Of a stretch of 64,000 nucleotides of DNA, positions 28,138-37,690 are shown one piece after another. The stretch comes from Thermoanaerobaculia bacterium (GTDB taxonomy: Bacteria; Acidobacteriota; Thermoanaerobaculia; Multivoradales; JAHEKO01). The notes under the pieces were generated by a model. That model was not told where the DNA came from and ran no database searches. It saw nothing but the letters and a program-made list of their open reading frames with translations. The position numbers were made by a program, and so were the translations under genes. Location: NCBI GenBank assembly GCA_947259925.1, contig CAMYOG010000042.1:15221-79220 (forward strand). The letters run 5' to 3'. Positions within the stretch are counted from its first letter, which is position 1. Each line of letters starts with the position of its first letter.

Positions 28138-28257
28138 CTCCCTCGAGTCAGTTGCGGTGACAGGATACCTATCTGCCGGTAAACCCCGGTGACAGGATTC
28201 TCATCTCCCAAACGCTGGCGAGCTGAAGGAGCTGGGAGTTAAGTATCCTGTCACCGG
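28119..28257. repeat. MITE/REP-like element, family B, copy 1: three direct copies of CCGGTGACAGGATaCtCATCTCC plus one inverted terminal copy
   Basis: Direct units at 28119-28142, 28156-28177 and 28186-28209; the inverted unit AGTATCCTGTCACCGG at 28242-28257 forms a 16-bp inverted repeat with the first unit. It contains the tag start codon and the stop of the upstream PLP-enzyme gene. Confidence 0.55.
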
Positions 28258-29423
28258 AATTGGAGGGCCTGAGCGAAGTCGGCGAGCAGCTCGTCGGTGT
28301 CCTCGATACCGATCGAGACCCGGATCAGATCATCGGTGATGCCGAGCTTCTGGCGCGCCTCCGGTGGCAGACCCAGGTGGGAGCTGCGCGCCGGTCGTAC
28401 GACCAGGCTCTCCACCCCTCCGAGACTCGCCGCGTGCAGCGGGATTCGCACCCGGGACAGGACCCGCTCGGCGCGCTCGGGCTCGCCGGTGTAGAAGGAC
28501 AGCATGCCGCCGTAACCGGAGAAGAGCCGTGAAGCGATCCGGTGCCCGGGATCGGAGGCGAGGCCGGGGTAGTTCACCCGCACGATGTCTTCGTGGGTGT
28601 CGAGAAACTCCGCCACCCGCTGGGCGTTGGCGTTCTGCTTCGCGACCCTGAGCGCCAGGGTCTTCATGCCGCGCTCGAACAGGAAGGCGGTGTTGGGATC
28701 GATCGAGCCGCCCAGGTGAAGCAGGAGGTGCCGGACCCGATCGACGTGCTCCTTCGAGCCGATCACCGCGCCGGCGACGATGTCGCTGTGCCCGTTCAGG
28801 TACTTGGTGGCGCTGTGGACGACCAGGTCGATCCCGATCTCGAGCGGCCGGAAGTTGACCGGCGAGGTGAAGGTGTTGTCGATCAGGGTGATCAGGTCGT
28901 GGCGCTTGGCGAACGCGACCACCGCCTCGAGATCCCCGACCTCCATCAGCGGATTCGAGATCGACTCGACCAGGATCAGGCGGGTCTCGGGCCGGAGCGC
29001 GGCCTCCCAATCCGACGGACCACCGTTGACGGTGTCGATCGGGGTGTGCGCGACCCGCAGCCGGGGCCCGTCGTCGTCGAGCAGGTTCTGGGTGCCGCCG
29101 TAGAGCGTCTTCTGGGTCAGGATGTGGTCGCCCGCCCCCGCGAACGCCAGGATCGAGGTGCTGATCGCCGCCATGCCACTGGCGGTCACCAGCGCCGCCT
29201 CGCCCCCTTCGGCGGCCGCCAGGCGAGCCTGCAGGGCGAAGTGATTCGGCGAGTTGCTCAGCCGGATGTAGCGCACCTCGTCGTAGGCACCTTCGTCGGC
29301 CATCAGGTAGTTGGCCGACTGGAAGATCGGCGTCACCACCGCGCCGCCGATGTTCGGTCGGGGCGCACCGGCGTGCACCAGATTGGTCTCCAGGGTCTTG
29401 AAGCGGTGCGAGTAGTCGGTCAT
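28251..29423 (-). CDS. PLP-dependent trans-sulfuration enzyme (cystathionine gamma-synthase / beta-lyase / methionine gamma-lyase family)
   Basis: Cys/Met-metabolism PLP family conservation, including the Lys region VVHSATKYLNGHSD; AGGAG SD. Confidence 0.8.
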   Translation of the reverse strand: MTDYSHRFKTLETNLVHAGAPRPNIGGAVVTPIFQSANYLMADEGAYDEVRYIRLSNSPNHFALQARLAAAEGGEAALVTASGMAAISTSILAFAGAGDHILTQKTLYGGTQNLLDDDGPRLRVAHTPIDTVNGGPSDWEAALRPETRLILVESISNPLMEVGDLEAVVAFAKRHDLITLIDNTFTSPVNFRPLEIGIDLVVHSATKYLNGHSDIVAGAVIGSKEHVDRVRHLLLHLGGSIDPNTAFLFERGMKTLALRVAKQNANAQRVAEFLDTHEDIVRVNYPGLASDPGHRIASRLFSGYGGMLSFYTGEPERAERVLSRVRIPLHAASLGGVESLVVRPARSSHLGLPPEARQKLGITDDLIRVSIGIEDTDELLADFAQALQFR

Positions 29424-29465
29424 CGGTCGAGCTCCTTGCTTGGGTCCGGTGGGTCGAGCACCGAA

Positions 29466-29999
29466 TCAGTCGGGATACCTGGCGTGGGATCGGATGCGGT
29501 CGAGCTGGCGATGGTGGTGCTCGAGGTGGCCGACCAGGAAGACCAAGGAGTCCTCGACCGAAAGGGGACCGGCGATCGGGTGCTTGAACCCCGCCTGCCC
29601 CAGCGCCTCGGCGTCCAGCGACTCGAACAGCCGGAGCGTCCTCTGTCGCTCGGTCGCCCACTGAGGCTCGAGATCTTCGAAGCTCACGGCGGGGTCCGGG
29701 GCCGCCGCCGGCACCGGGTTGCGAACCCGGATGCCGCAGAAGAGGACGCCCTTCACCGCCAGGTGCTTGAGGCCGTCCATCAGGCTCCGCCGCTTCGCCG
29801 GCTGTCGGTGCATCTTCTCGACCGCGCCGACGATGCCGGCCTGGACGAGGAGCAGGTGATGCGCGACCTCGGTCGGCGACCAGGAGTCCTCGGCAGGTCG
29901 GAAGCGGCGCTGCGCCTCGGTCATCTCGGCCAGCTCGGTCAGCATCCGGTCGAGGCCTCCCTCCAACCGCTCGTGGAGCTGGGCCAGGCGGGCGATCAT
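29466..29999 (-). CDS. DinB-like (DinB_2) family protein, second paralog
   Basis: Conserved His residues including LVGHLEHHHRQL near the C-terminus. Confidence 0.55.
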   Translation of the reverse strand: MIARLAQLHERLEGGLDRMLTELAEMTEAQRRFRPAEDSWSPTEVAHHLLLVQAGIVGAVEKMHRQPAKRRSLMDGLKHLAVKGVLFCGIRVRNPVPAAAPDPAVSFEDLEPQWATERQRTLRLFESLDAEALGQAGFKHPIAGPLSVEDSLVFLVGHLEHHHRQLDRIRSHARYPD

Positions 30000-30004
30000 C
30001 CGGC

Positions 30005-30901
30005 TCAGACGATCGCGTCGACGAGCATGACCACCAGCAGCGCCGGCAGGTAGACCACCGAGGCGAGCAACAGGCGCCGAGCCGCTTTGCGCGAGAAGGT
30101 GACCGAGAAGGCGACGCTGAAGCCCAGAAAGCCGAGGCCGAGGACCAGGGCGCCGACGAAGTAGATCGTCCCGCCCAGACCCAGCATCACCGGCAGCAGA
30201 CTGACCGGGACCAGGGCGGTCGCGTAGAGCACGGTCTGTCGGCCGGTGCTCTCACCGTCGGGCTCGACGACCGGCAGCATCGGGAAGCCGGCGGCAGCGT
30301 ACTCCTGCTGGCACAGCCAGGCGATCGCCAGGAAGTGCGGCAGCTGCCAGAGGAAGAGAATGCCGAACAACACGGCGCCGCCCGCCTCGATGCTTCCCGA
30401 GACCGCGGTCCAGCCCATGACCGGCGGCAGCGCGCCGGGCACCGCACCGATCACCGTCGCCAGACTGGTGCGCCGCTTGAGCGGCGTGTACAGGAAGATG
30501 TAGAGCAGTAGCGAGAAGGCGCCCACCACGGCGGTCAGCAGGTTGGTGCCGAGCGCCAGGATCGCCACTCCGGTGGTCGCCAGAACGACCGCGAAGAACA
30601 GCGCCGACTCGAGCGAGATCCTCCCCGCCGGCAAGGGCCGTCCGGCGGTGCGGCTCATCAACGCGTCGGTGTTGCGCTCCCACACCTGGTTGAGCGCCGA
30701 CGCTCCGCCCGCGACCATCGCCGTTCCGACCAGGAGCGCGACCAGCACCGACATCTCCGGAAGGTCCCCAGCGGCCAGCAGCGCTCCCAGGACCGCGGTC
30801 ACCAGGACCATCACCGTGATCCTCGGCTTGAGCAGCGCGATCCAGTCCGCCAGGCGGAACTGCGGCGGATGCGCGGTCAGCGCCTCGGACGGCAGCACCA
30901 T
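30005..30901 (-). CDS. ctaB: protohaem IX farnesyltransferase (haem O synthase)
   Basis: UbiA-fold polytopic protein with CyoE/CtaB conservation (NQVWERNTDALMSRTAGRPLPAGRIS). Start MVLPSEAL (ATG rc 30899-30901) overlaps the ctaA stop as ATGA; the 33 upstream codons are rejected. Confidence 0.8.
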   Translation of the reverse strand: MVLPSEALTAHPPQFRLADWIALLKPRITVMVLVTAVLGALLAAGDLPEMSVLVALLVGTAMVAGGASALNQVWERNTDALMSRTAGRPLPAGRISLESALFFAVVLATTGVAILALGTNLLTAVVGAFSLLLYIFLYTPLKRRTSLATVIGAVPGALPPVMGWTAVSGSIEAGGAVLFGILFLWQLPHFLAIAWLCQQEYAAAGFPMLPVVEPDGESTGRQTVLYATALVPVSLLPVMLGLGGTIYFVGALVLGLGFLGFSVAFSVTFSRKAARRLLLASVVYLPALLVVMLVDAIV

Positions 30902-31905
30902 CACGCTCCCCCGGCGGTGTTCGGTTGGGCGGTCGCGCGCTGCGGCGGCACCAGCACTCCGTCGGGCAGCCGCTCGTCGCGCCGGCCGCCCAATCGCCAC
31001 GAGGCCAGCGTCGTCAGCACGGCCGTCGCCAGGAGCGTCGCCCCGGTCGCCACGTGCACGGTGTTCGGCAGGGTCGCCTTGCCGGTCAGGACCACCGCTC
31101 CGCCGAGCGAGATCTGGATCGCCACCAGGATCGCCAGCGCGATCCCGAGCAGCCGCAGGCCGGCGCCCCCGGCGCCGATCCGCCGACTGCGGATCAGGGT
31201 GACGACGATCGCGACCGTCACCACCACCGCGCCCAGCCGATGGGCGTAGTGGACGGCGATGCCGAAGTCCAGGTGGGGTGGGAAGAGCCCGCCGAAGACC
31301 AGCGGGAAATCGGGAATCGCCAGTCCCGCCCCGGAGTGCCGCATCACCGCGCCGAGCAGGATCTGCGCGAAGACCAGGATCGCCGTCAGGCGTGCGGCGC
31401 GGAAGAGCTCTGGGGATCCGGCGAGCGCGGGACGCTCACGCTCTGCCGCGCGCCACCAGCGGGAGGTGACCAGCGCCAGGGTCACCGTCAAGCACAGGAA
31501 GATCTCCGCCAGCGCGGCGTGGCTGACCGAGATCGGAGTGGGCAGGAAGAAGAGCACCGTCAGGCCGCCGAGGAGCGCCTGGGTCAGAACCGCCGCTACC
31601 GCCAGGTAGGCCAGCCGGCGCACCCATCGACGCTCTTCCCGGACCCCCACCCAGACGGCCAGCAGCACCGTCATCATGGCGACCGTGCCGGCGATCAGCC
31701 GATGGCCGTGCTCGGCGCGGACGGTCGAGATCGTCCACCAGTTGGGCGGGTTGAGCGAGCCGTACGAGAGCGGCCAATCGGGCACCGAGAGTCCCGAGCC
31801 GGTGCTGGTGACCAGGGCGCCTGCCGAGATCAGGAAGACGACGCAGCACGCCAGGATCACCGCGAACCGGTGCAGGCCCCGCTGATAGAACGGCGCGTTG
31901 GTCAT
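30901..31905 (-). CDS. ctaA: haem A synthase (COX15/CtaA family)
   Basis: Eight-TM protein with paired His residues in TM segments, translationally coupled to ctaB. Confidence 0.7.
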   Translation of the reverse strand: MTNAPFYQRGLHRFAVILACCVVFLISAGALVTSTGSGLSVPDWPLSYGSLNPPNWWTISTVRAEHGHRLIAGTVAMMTVLLAVWVGVREERRWVRRLAYLAVAAVLTQALLGGLTVLFFLPTPISVSHAALAEIFLCLTVTLALVTSRWWRAAERERPALAGSPELFRAARLTAILVFAQILLGAVMRHSGAGLAIPDFPLVFGGLFPPHLDFGIAVHYAHRLGAVVVTVAIVVTLIRSRRIGAGGAGLRLLGIALAILVAIQISLGGAVVLTGKATLPNTVHVATGATLLATAVLTTLASWRLGGRRDERLPDGVLVPPQRATAQPNTAGGA

Positions 31906-32048
31906 GGCCCGGTGAGTCTAACGGGGTCAGGTCCCCCATGCCAGCACCGCCAGACGCTCAGTCGCACCCGGCGCTCGAGAACGCTGGCGGCAACGAGCGC
32001 CGGCCCCCGGGAACCCGAGGGCCGGCCGAATTCGGTGCCGTTACCGGG

Positions 32049-32816
32049 CTAGCCGGCGGGCGCGAAGTCGAAGCTGGCGGCCGCGACCGCGCTATCGCCG
32101 ACCGTCACTTCCATCGTCTGCGTCCCGAGCGTCTCGTGCCACGCCTCGACCGTGTAGGTGCCGGCCGGCACACCGTCGATGGCGTACGAGCCGTCGTCGG
32201 CGCTCACCGCGAAGAACGGGTGCTCGACCACGCCCATGTAGGAGCTCATCCACGGGTGGACGTCGCACTTGAAGCGGACCATCACCTCGGACTTGTCGAA
32301 GGTGTGCTCGAACTCCATGTTCTGGAACGGCTGTCCCTTGTTGAACTCGGCGTTGACGGTCGGCAGCGCATGCACGTTGTGCAGGGTCGGATCGCTGTTG
32401 CGGATGACCACGGTCTGGCCGACCTGGACGCCCGACACGTGCGGGGCGTACATGCAGCCCTGCTGATCGAGGACCGCCGCCTCGGCGCTCACCGGGAAAC
32501 TGCCGGACAGGCCCGACTTGATGTAGACGAAGACGTTCGCGAGCTTGCCCTCGGCGCCGGTGATGGTCTGGGTCTCCGCGCCTTCGGCGTTGAGGCCGAC
32601 GCAGACCGGATCGGCGTCCATCGAGATCGCGGTGTCGGCGTCGCCGTTGGCGTAGGTGATCACGCCGGTGATGCCACCACTACCGGCGGCCGGGGCCGGG
32701 GCGGGTTCGGGTGCAGCCGCTCGCTCGGGCGCCGCGGCCTCCTCGCCGCCACCACAGGCGACGCCGAAGAGGCTCACTGCGAGCACACAAATCATCCAGA
32801 AACGATACTTTCTCAT
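32049..32816 (-). CDS. lipoprotein with cupredoxin-like (type-1 copper, amicyanin-type C-x2-H-x2-M) C-terminal domain
   Basis: Signal plus lipobox (LFGVAC); Pro/Ala-rich linker; beta-rich domain with His (LHNVHALP) and CDVHPWM spaced as in amicyanin/pseudoazurin ligands; GAGGG SD. Confidence 0.5.
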   Translation of the reverse strand: MRKYRFWMICVLAVSLFGVACGGGEEAAAPERAAAPEPAPAPAAGSGGITGVITYANGDADTAISMDADPVCVGLNAEGAETQTITGAEGKLANVFVYIKSGLSGSFPVSAEAAVLDQQGCMYAPHVSGVQVGQTVVIRNSDPTLHNVHALPTVNAEFNKGQPFQNMEFEHTFDKSEVMVRFKCDVHPWMSSYMGVVEHPFFAVSADDGSYAIDGVPAGTYTVEAWHETLGTQTMEVTVGDSAVAAASFDFAPAG

Positions 32817-32841
32817 GTCAAAACCCTCGTTGTTGTGAGAT

Positions 32842-35775
32842 TCAGGAACCGCCTTCGAGGCCCCACCAGATGTGGTCGCGCAAGGCGGCGGTCACATTAT
32901 CTGCATCCGCGAGATACTCCTTGAGCTCCTCCTCGGAGTCGAAGTATCTGAGCATTCTGTCTTTCTCGGTACTCCACATCGGCAGGTCGATGCCCTGGGC
33001 GAGCGGCGAGCTGTAGCTGCCGTCGTCCTGCCGGCTGAAGAATACCGGCATCTTGGTGCCGCTGACCCAGCTGAGCGGATCCTTGATCCAGTCCGCCACC
33101 CAGTCGTGTCGCAGACGGTCCTGCGCCAGCAAGAGCGACGGCGCCAGCTCGGCGGCGCTGACCGCACCGGGCGCTACCGGTCCGGCGGGATGGCACTTGG
33201 CGCACTGGAGCATGGCGAAGACGCCCTTACCGACCGTCAGGCTGCGCCGATCCGGCCGCTCCGGCTCGGACAGGAACGCCTGGCGGTTCTCGCGCGCCGC
33301 GAAGTAGGAGAGCAGCATATTGACCTGGTGGTCGTCGAAGCCGAAGGTCGGCATCCGCACGCTCAGCCACGGGCGCATCGACTCGCTGGCCGGATCGTGC
33401 AGGTACTCGAACAGCCAATCGCCCTGAACACGCGCTCCCTGGGCGGCCAGATTGGGCGGCCACATGCCGGGATCGGTGATCGCAGTCTTGATCGCCTGGC
33501 CCTGATCCTCGATCAGATGGCAGCCCTGGCAGTTGTAGCGGGTGATCAGCTTGCGGCCCTCGGCGAGCGCGTTCGACTCCGGCCGCTGATCGGCGCGCCG
33601 GGCGGTGACCACCGACTCCTTGACGAATCCGAGCACGTTCGTGGTGACCGCCTCGGCCTCGCGCTCCGACATGCCGAAGTCCGGCATCCGGTAGAGCTCG
33701 TTGTAGTCCTTGACGCTCTCCTTGCCATGGTCCCAGATCCGCGGCTGGAGCATCTTGGTCTTGATCCAGTCGTGCCGCGTATGCGGAATGTCGTGGATGT
33801 GCCCGAAGTCGAACTGATGGACCGGCTTCGAGCCCTCCTCGGTCAGCTCGACGCCGATCGGTTTGGCGTCCTCGAAGCCGCGCAGGTTGTGGCAGCCGAA
33901 GCAGCCGTACTTGCGAATCGTCTGCCCACCGAGATAGACGTCGCGCTCCCGGTCGCTCATCGCGGCCAGGGTCGCCTTGCTCTGCTCGATCGTCTGGGTG
34001 TTCTGCAGGTAGACGACCGCCAGATCGTCCCGAACCTGACCGTCGACCTCCGGCTGGGTCAGGTTCTCGAATGCCGGGTCGCGACTCGCCATCAGGTAGG
34101 CGACCAGATCGGCGGCCTCCTGGTCGGTCAGCCGTAGGCTCGGCATCCGGGTCTCCGGGTTGAACGCCTTCGGGTCCTTCAACCAGGCGAACAGCCAGCC
34201 CGCATCGACCTTGGAGCCAGTGCGCACGAGATTCGGGCCGTGCATCCGGTTGATCTGCGGGAAGAGGTCGTCGCGGCTGGCTTCGGCATCGTTCAGATGG
34301 CAGCCGGTGCAGCCGATCGTGTTGAAGAGGTCCTCGCCCCGCGACTCGTCACCTCGCGGCGGGTCCGAATAGTCGATCACCTCGGAGCGGTCCCAGATGT
34401 AGGCGACCATCGCCTTGATCTCGGCCCTCTGGCGCTCTTCGTTCAGCTCACCGACGATGTTCTCGAGGAAGAAGAAGTGGGGCATCCAGGTGGTCGGATG
34501 GAAGTCGCGCGGCGCCTCGATCCACTGGTAGGCCCACTCCGGGCTGGTCTTGGATGCGACCCTCTCCAGACTCGGGCCGGGTCGCGGCACGTCGGTAAAC
34601 GCCGGGTAGTCGATCTTGTGGCAGGCGAAGCAACCCATCCGCGACATCAGCTCGCGGCCGGTGTCCTGGAGCTCCGAGGAGGCGGTCCAGACATTGCCAG
34701 CGTGACAGCCGATGCAGCCCGCTTCCGTGTACTGGGCCGGCAGGATCGGAGTGTCCAGGTACTTCTGCTTCTGCCAGCCCCAGTCGTGCTTCCACTCGGC
34801 CTTCTGCTCCTCGTTGATCGGGCTGTGACCGGCGCGGGCGAAGTTCGTCGCCCGATCGAGCCCACCGTGGCAGGTCGTGCAACCGAAACGGTTGTACGGA
34901 TGTGGCGATGAGGACGAGAGGAAGAGGTCGAGGCGCGGGTGGCTCCGGAACGGCTCCTCCCAGCCTTCGCCATCGAATCCCGCTCGCGCCGCGGCGACGT
35001 GGCAAGTAACGCAACGGTCGACACGGTCGACCGAGGTGAAGTTGATGTTCTGGTAGAGCCCGGGCAGCTGGACCTGGTCGATCCTCAGCTGCGGCTCGAG
35101 CATGTCCATGAGCGGCGCGTTGAGCACGAAGTAGTCGATGCTCTTGTCGAGCCCCGCGACCCGATTCTCGAGCGACTCGAGGCCGCCCCGCAGTTCGTCG
35201 AGCCGGTCCTCGTCCTCCTTCAGGCCGGCCATCTTGCGCTCGATCTCGGCGCGCACCATGTCGCGCTCTTCGAGGTAGGCCTCGAGCGTGATGCGGTCCT
35301 CGCCGTAGGTCTCCCGGCGCCTCTCCAGCGTCGCCAGGGCCGAATCGATCTTCTTCGGATCGCCGGTCTGGAGCGCCGCATCGTACTGATAGCGCTCGGT
35401 GTCCAGGTGCGACTTGGTGGTCCGCGCGTCGACGTCCGCCTCGTAGACCTTGTCGTCGAGGTCGGCCAGCCGGTCCTGCAGCTCTTTGAGCTCGGCCTCC
35501 TGCTCATCCAGCCGCGCCTCTTCGCTGCGAATCTCCTCTTCGATCGTGGCGATCTCTTCCTGGTTGATCCGCTGGCGCTCGGCCTCGGCCTCCTCGACCA
35601 GCTTCTGCCGCTCCAGCTCGCGGAACTCGGCCTGCAGCCGCTTCCACGGCTTGGCGTAGTCCTCGACCACCATCCAGATGGTGATCAGCAGGAGCGCCAG
35701 AGAGCTCCACGCGAACCACTTGTTCATGGCCGTGAAGTCGTAGTGGCGATCTGGGGTCTTCTTCGGAGCTGCCAT
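32842..35775 (-). CDS. membrane-anchored octahaem cytochrome c with a roughly 200-aa coiled-coil segment
   Basis: N-terminal TM segment; a highly charged heptad-rich region (aa 40-240); eight CxxCH motifs (CVTCH, CTTCH, CIGCH, CFACH, CTGCH, CFGCH, CQGCH, CAKCH). Confidence 0.8.
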   Translation of the reverse strand: MAAPKKTPDRHYDFTAMNKWFAWSSLALLLITIWMVVEDYAKPWKRLQAEFRELERQKLVEEAEAERQRINQEEIATIEEEIRSEEARLDEQEAELKELQDRLADLDDKVYEADVDARTTKSHLDTERYQYDAALQTGDPKKIDSALATLERRRETYGEDRITLEAYLEERDMVRAEIERKMAGLKEDEDRLDELRGGLESLENRVAGLDKSIDYFVLNAPLMDMLEPQLRIDQVQLPGLYQNINFTSVDRVDRCVTCHVAAARAGFDGEGWEEPFRSHPRLDLFLSSSSPHPYNRFGCTTCHGGLDRATNFARAGHSPINEEQKAEWKHDWGWQKQKYLDTPILPAQYTEAGCIGCHAGNVWTASSELQDTGRELMSRMGCFACHKIDYPAFTDVPRPGPSLERVASKTSPEWAYQWIEAPRDFHPTTWMPHFFFLENIVGELNEERQRAEIKAMVAYIWDRSEVIDYSDPPRGDESRGEDLFNTIGCTGCHLNDAEASRDDLFPQINRMHGPNLVRTGSKVDAGWLFAWLKDPKAFNPETRMPSLRLTDQEAADLVAYLMASRDPAFENLTQPEVDGQVRDDLAVVYLQNTQTIEQSKATLAAMSDRERDVYLGGQTIRKYGCFGCHNLRGFEDAKPIGVELTEEGSKPVHQFDFGHIHDIPHTRHDWIKTKMLQPRIWDHGKESVKDYNELYRMPDFGMSEREAEAVTTNVLGFVKESVVTARRADQRPESNALAEGRKLITRYNCQGCHLIEDQGQAIKTAITDPGMWPPNLAAQGARVQGDWLFEYLHDPASESMRPWLSVRMPTFGFDDHQVNMLLSYFAARENRQAFLSEPERPDRRSLTVGKGVFAMLQCAKCHPAGPVAPGAVSAAELAPSLLLAQDRLRHDWVADWIKDPLSWVSGTKMPVFFSRQDDGSYSSPLAQGIDLPMWSTEKDRMLRYFDSEEELKEYLADADNVTAALRDHIWWGLEGGS

Positions 35776-35790
35776 GGCGAGCGCGTCGAG

Positions 35791-36870
35791 CTACAGGTTG
35801 AGGAAGAACTCCTGGATGTGGACGAAGTACTTCAGGTTGAGGAACCACCTGAGGTACATCTTGATCGGCATCAGCATCATCGTCAGGAAGAGGAACATGC
35901 CGACGTAGTACCGGGTCGGCCCCATCTTCTGGTAGAAGCCGTCGATGAACTTGTTCTTGATCAGCAGCACCGGCAGCACCAGGAAGTAGAAGGCGGTGAA
36001 GAGAAGACCGAAAATCTCGCGGACGAACCAGTGTCCCGGCAGACCGACGCCGAGGATCTTGATCCAGATGATCTCGGAGAGATCGACGTTGACCAGCGGC
36101 TCGACCTTGTTGATGTCCCAGTACTCGTAGGGCCCGAAGAAGTTCCAATTCGGCCCGCGCAGGAACGTGCCGATGACGATCAGCTCGCTCCAGAGGATGA
36201 CGAAGCCGAAGAGGAACAGGACGATCTCGGTCTTCCTCTCCTTGAAGGTGTAGTAGCCGTTCCCCTTCTTGTTGGTATCGATGTAGGGGATCGCCATCAG
36301 CCCGACGATGATCAGGCCGGGCAGTACCACTCCCGCCATCCACGGATCGAAGTAGACCAACATCTCCTGGAGCCCCAAAAAGTACCAGGGTGCCTTCGAC
36401 GGGTTGGGCGCCACCGAGGTGTTGGCGGGCTCTTCGAGCGGCGCCTTGAGCAGGATCGACCAGAGCACCATGCCGACGGTCAGGAGGACCATGCAGATGA
36501 ACTCCGAGAAGACCAGGTCGGGCCAGGTGAAGATGCGGTCCTCGGATTCGCTCTTCTCGAAGGTCGGCTCGCCGGCCTCGATCCGCCGATCGTTCTGGTG
36601 CGCCTTGTACATCGCGTACCACCAGAAGAAACCGATGATGTAGATCATCATCACGATCGGCACGTTGTCCGGCTTGGCGACCACGACGAAGAAGTTCGGG
36701 TCGAACAGGCTCAGGCCGAAGAAGACCGTGATCAGGATCAGCATGATCCAGCCGCCGGCTTTGGTCCAGAGCGCCTTCGACCACATCGCCAGGCCGAAGA
36801 GGATCAGCGACAGCGTGAACGACCACTCCGGGTAGGAGAGGAAGTTGATGATGGACTTGATCGCTTCCAT
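35791..36870 (-). CDS. cytochrome b C-terminal-domain / subunit IV-like membrane protein (PEWY-type motif APWYF), extended (359 aa)
   Basis: APWYFLGLQEML matches the cyt b C-terminal/subunit IV quinol-site motif; multi-TM; no CxxCH. Confidence 0.65.
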   Translation of the reverse strand: MEAIKSIINFLSYPEWSFTLSLILFGLAMWSKALWTKAGGWIMLILITVFFGLSLFDPNFFVVVAKPDNVPIVMMIYIIGFFWWYAMYKAHQNDRRIEAGEPTFEKSESEDRIFTWPDLVFSEFICMVLLTVGMVLWSILLKAPLEEPANTSVAPNPSKAPWYFLGLQEMLVYFDPWMAGVVLPGLIIVGLMAIPYIDTNKKGNGYYTFKERKTEIVLFLFGFVILWSELIVIGTFLRGPNWNFFGPYEYWDINKVEPLVNVDLSEIIWIKILGVGLPGHWFVREIFGLLFTAFYFLVLPVLLIKNKFIDGFYQKMGPTRYYVGMFLFLTMMLMPIKMYLRWFLNLKYFVHIQEFFLNL

Positions 36871-36885
36871 GCCTCGGTTCGCCGG

Positions 36886-37671
36886 TTACATCGGGCCCGA
36901 GATGCCGCCGTCCTTCCGAACTCTCCAGAAGTGAACGGCGATCAGGCAGGCGGCGACGAATGGAATCGCCACGCAATGCAGCACATAGAAGCGAATCAGG
37001 GTTCCGTTGCCGATCGTACGACCGGCGATCAGGCCGAAGCGGGCGTCACTGCCGACGTGGATCAGCTTGGTGCCACCGATCTGCAGGAGCGCCGCGCCCG
37101 GACCCTCGTGACCGAGCACCGGCGTCGCGCGCGCCATGTTCGACCCGACCGTGATCGCCCAGATGGCCAGCTGATCCCAAGGCAGCAGATAGCCGGTGAA
37201 GGAGAGCAGCAGGGTGAGCACCAACAGAATGACACCGACGTTCCAGTTGAACTCGCGCGGCGGCTTGTACGAGCCGGTCATGAACACCCGGAACATGTGC
37301 AGCCAGACGCTGATCACCATCGCGTGGGCGCCCCAGCGATGGAGCTCGCGCATGATGCCGAAGGCGACCGCCTCGCGCAGGTCGACCATGTCGAAGTAGG
37401 CATACTCGACGGTCGGCCGGTAGTAGAACATCAAGAGGATGCCGGTGATCGTCTCGACCAGGAACAGGAAGAACGCCGTGCCTCCCATGCACCAGGTGTA
37501 GCTCATCCGTAGACCCGACTTCTTGACCTTGATCGGGTGCAGGTGCAGGACGACGTTGCCGAGCATCGCCAGCGCCCGCTTACGGTTGTCGGTGGGGATG
37601 CCGACCCGGAAGATCGACTTCCAGATCTGCGACTTGACGATGCTTTTCTGGAGGTTCTTGAGCGCTTCCAC
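36886..37671 (-). CDS. cytochrome b (N-terminal, b6-like haem-binding four-helix core)
   Basis: Conserved haem-ligand His pairs (VLHLHP..., [11 protein letters not shown], ...[10 protein letters not shown]); GTG start. Confidence 0.8.
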   Translation of the reverse strand: MEALKNLQKSIVKSQIWKSIFRVGIPTDNRKRALAMLGNVVLHLHPIKVKKSGLRMSYTWCMGGTAFFLFLVETITGILLMFYYRPTVEYAYFDMVDLREAVAFGIMRELHRWGAHAMVISVWLHMFRVFMTGSYKPPREFNWNVGVILLVLTLLLSFTGYLLPWDQLAIWAITVGSNMARATPVLGHEGPGAALLQIGGTKLIHVGSDARFGLIAGRTIGNGTLIRFYVLHCVAIPFVAACLIAVHFWRVRKDGGISGPM

Positions 37672-37690
37672 TAGGGTCCCTTGGGGAGTT

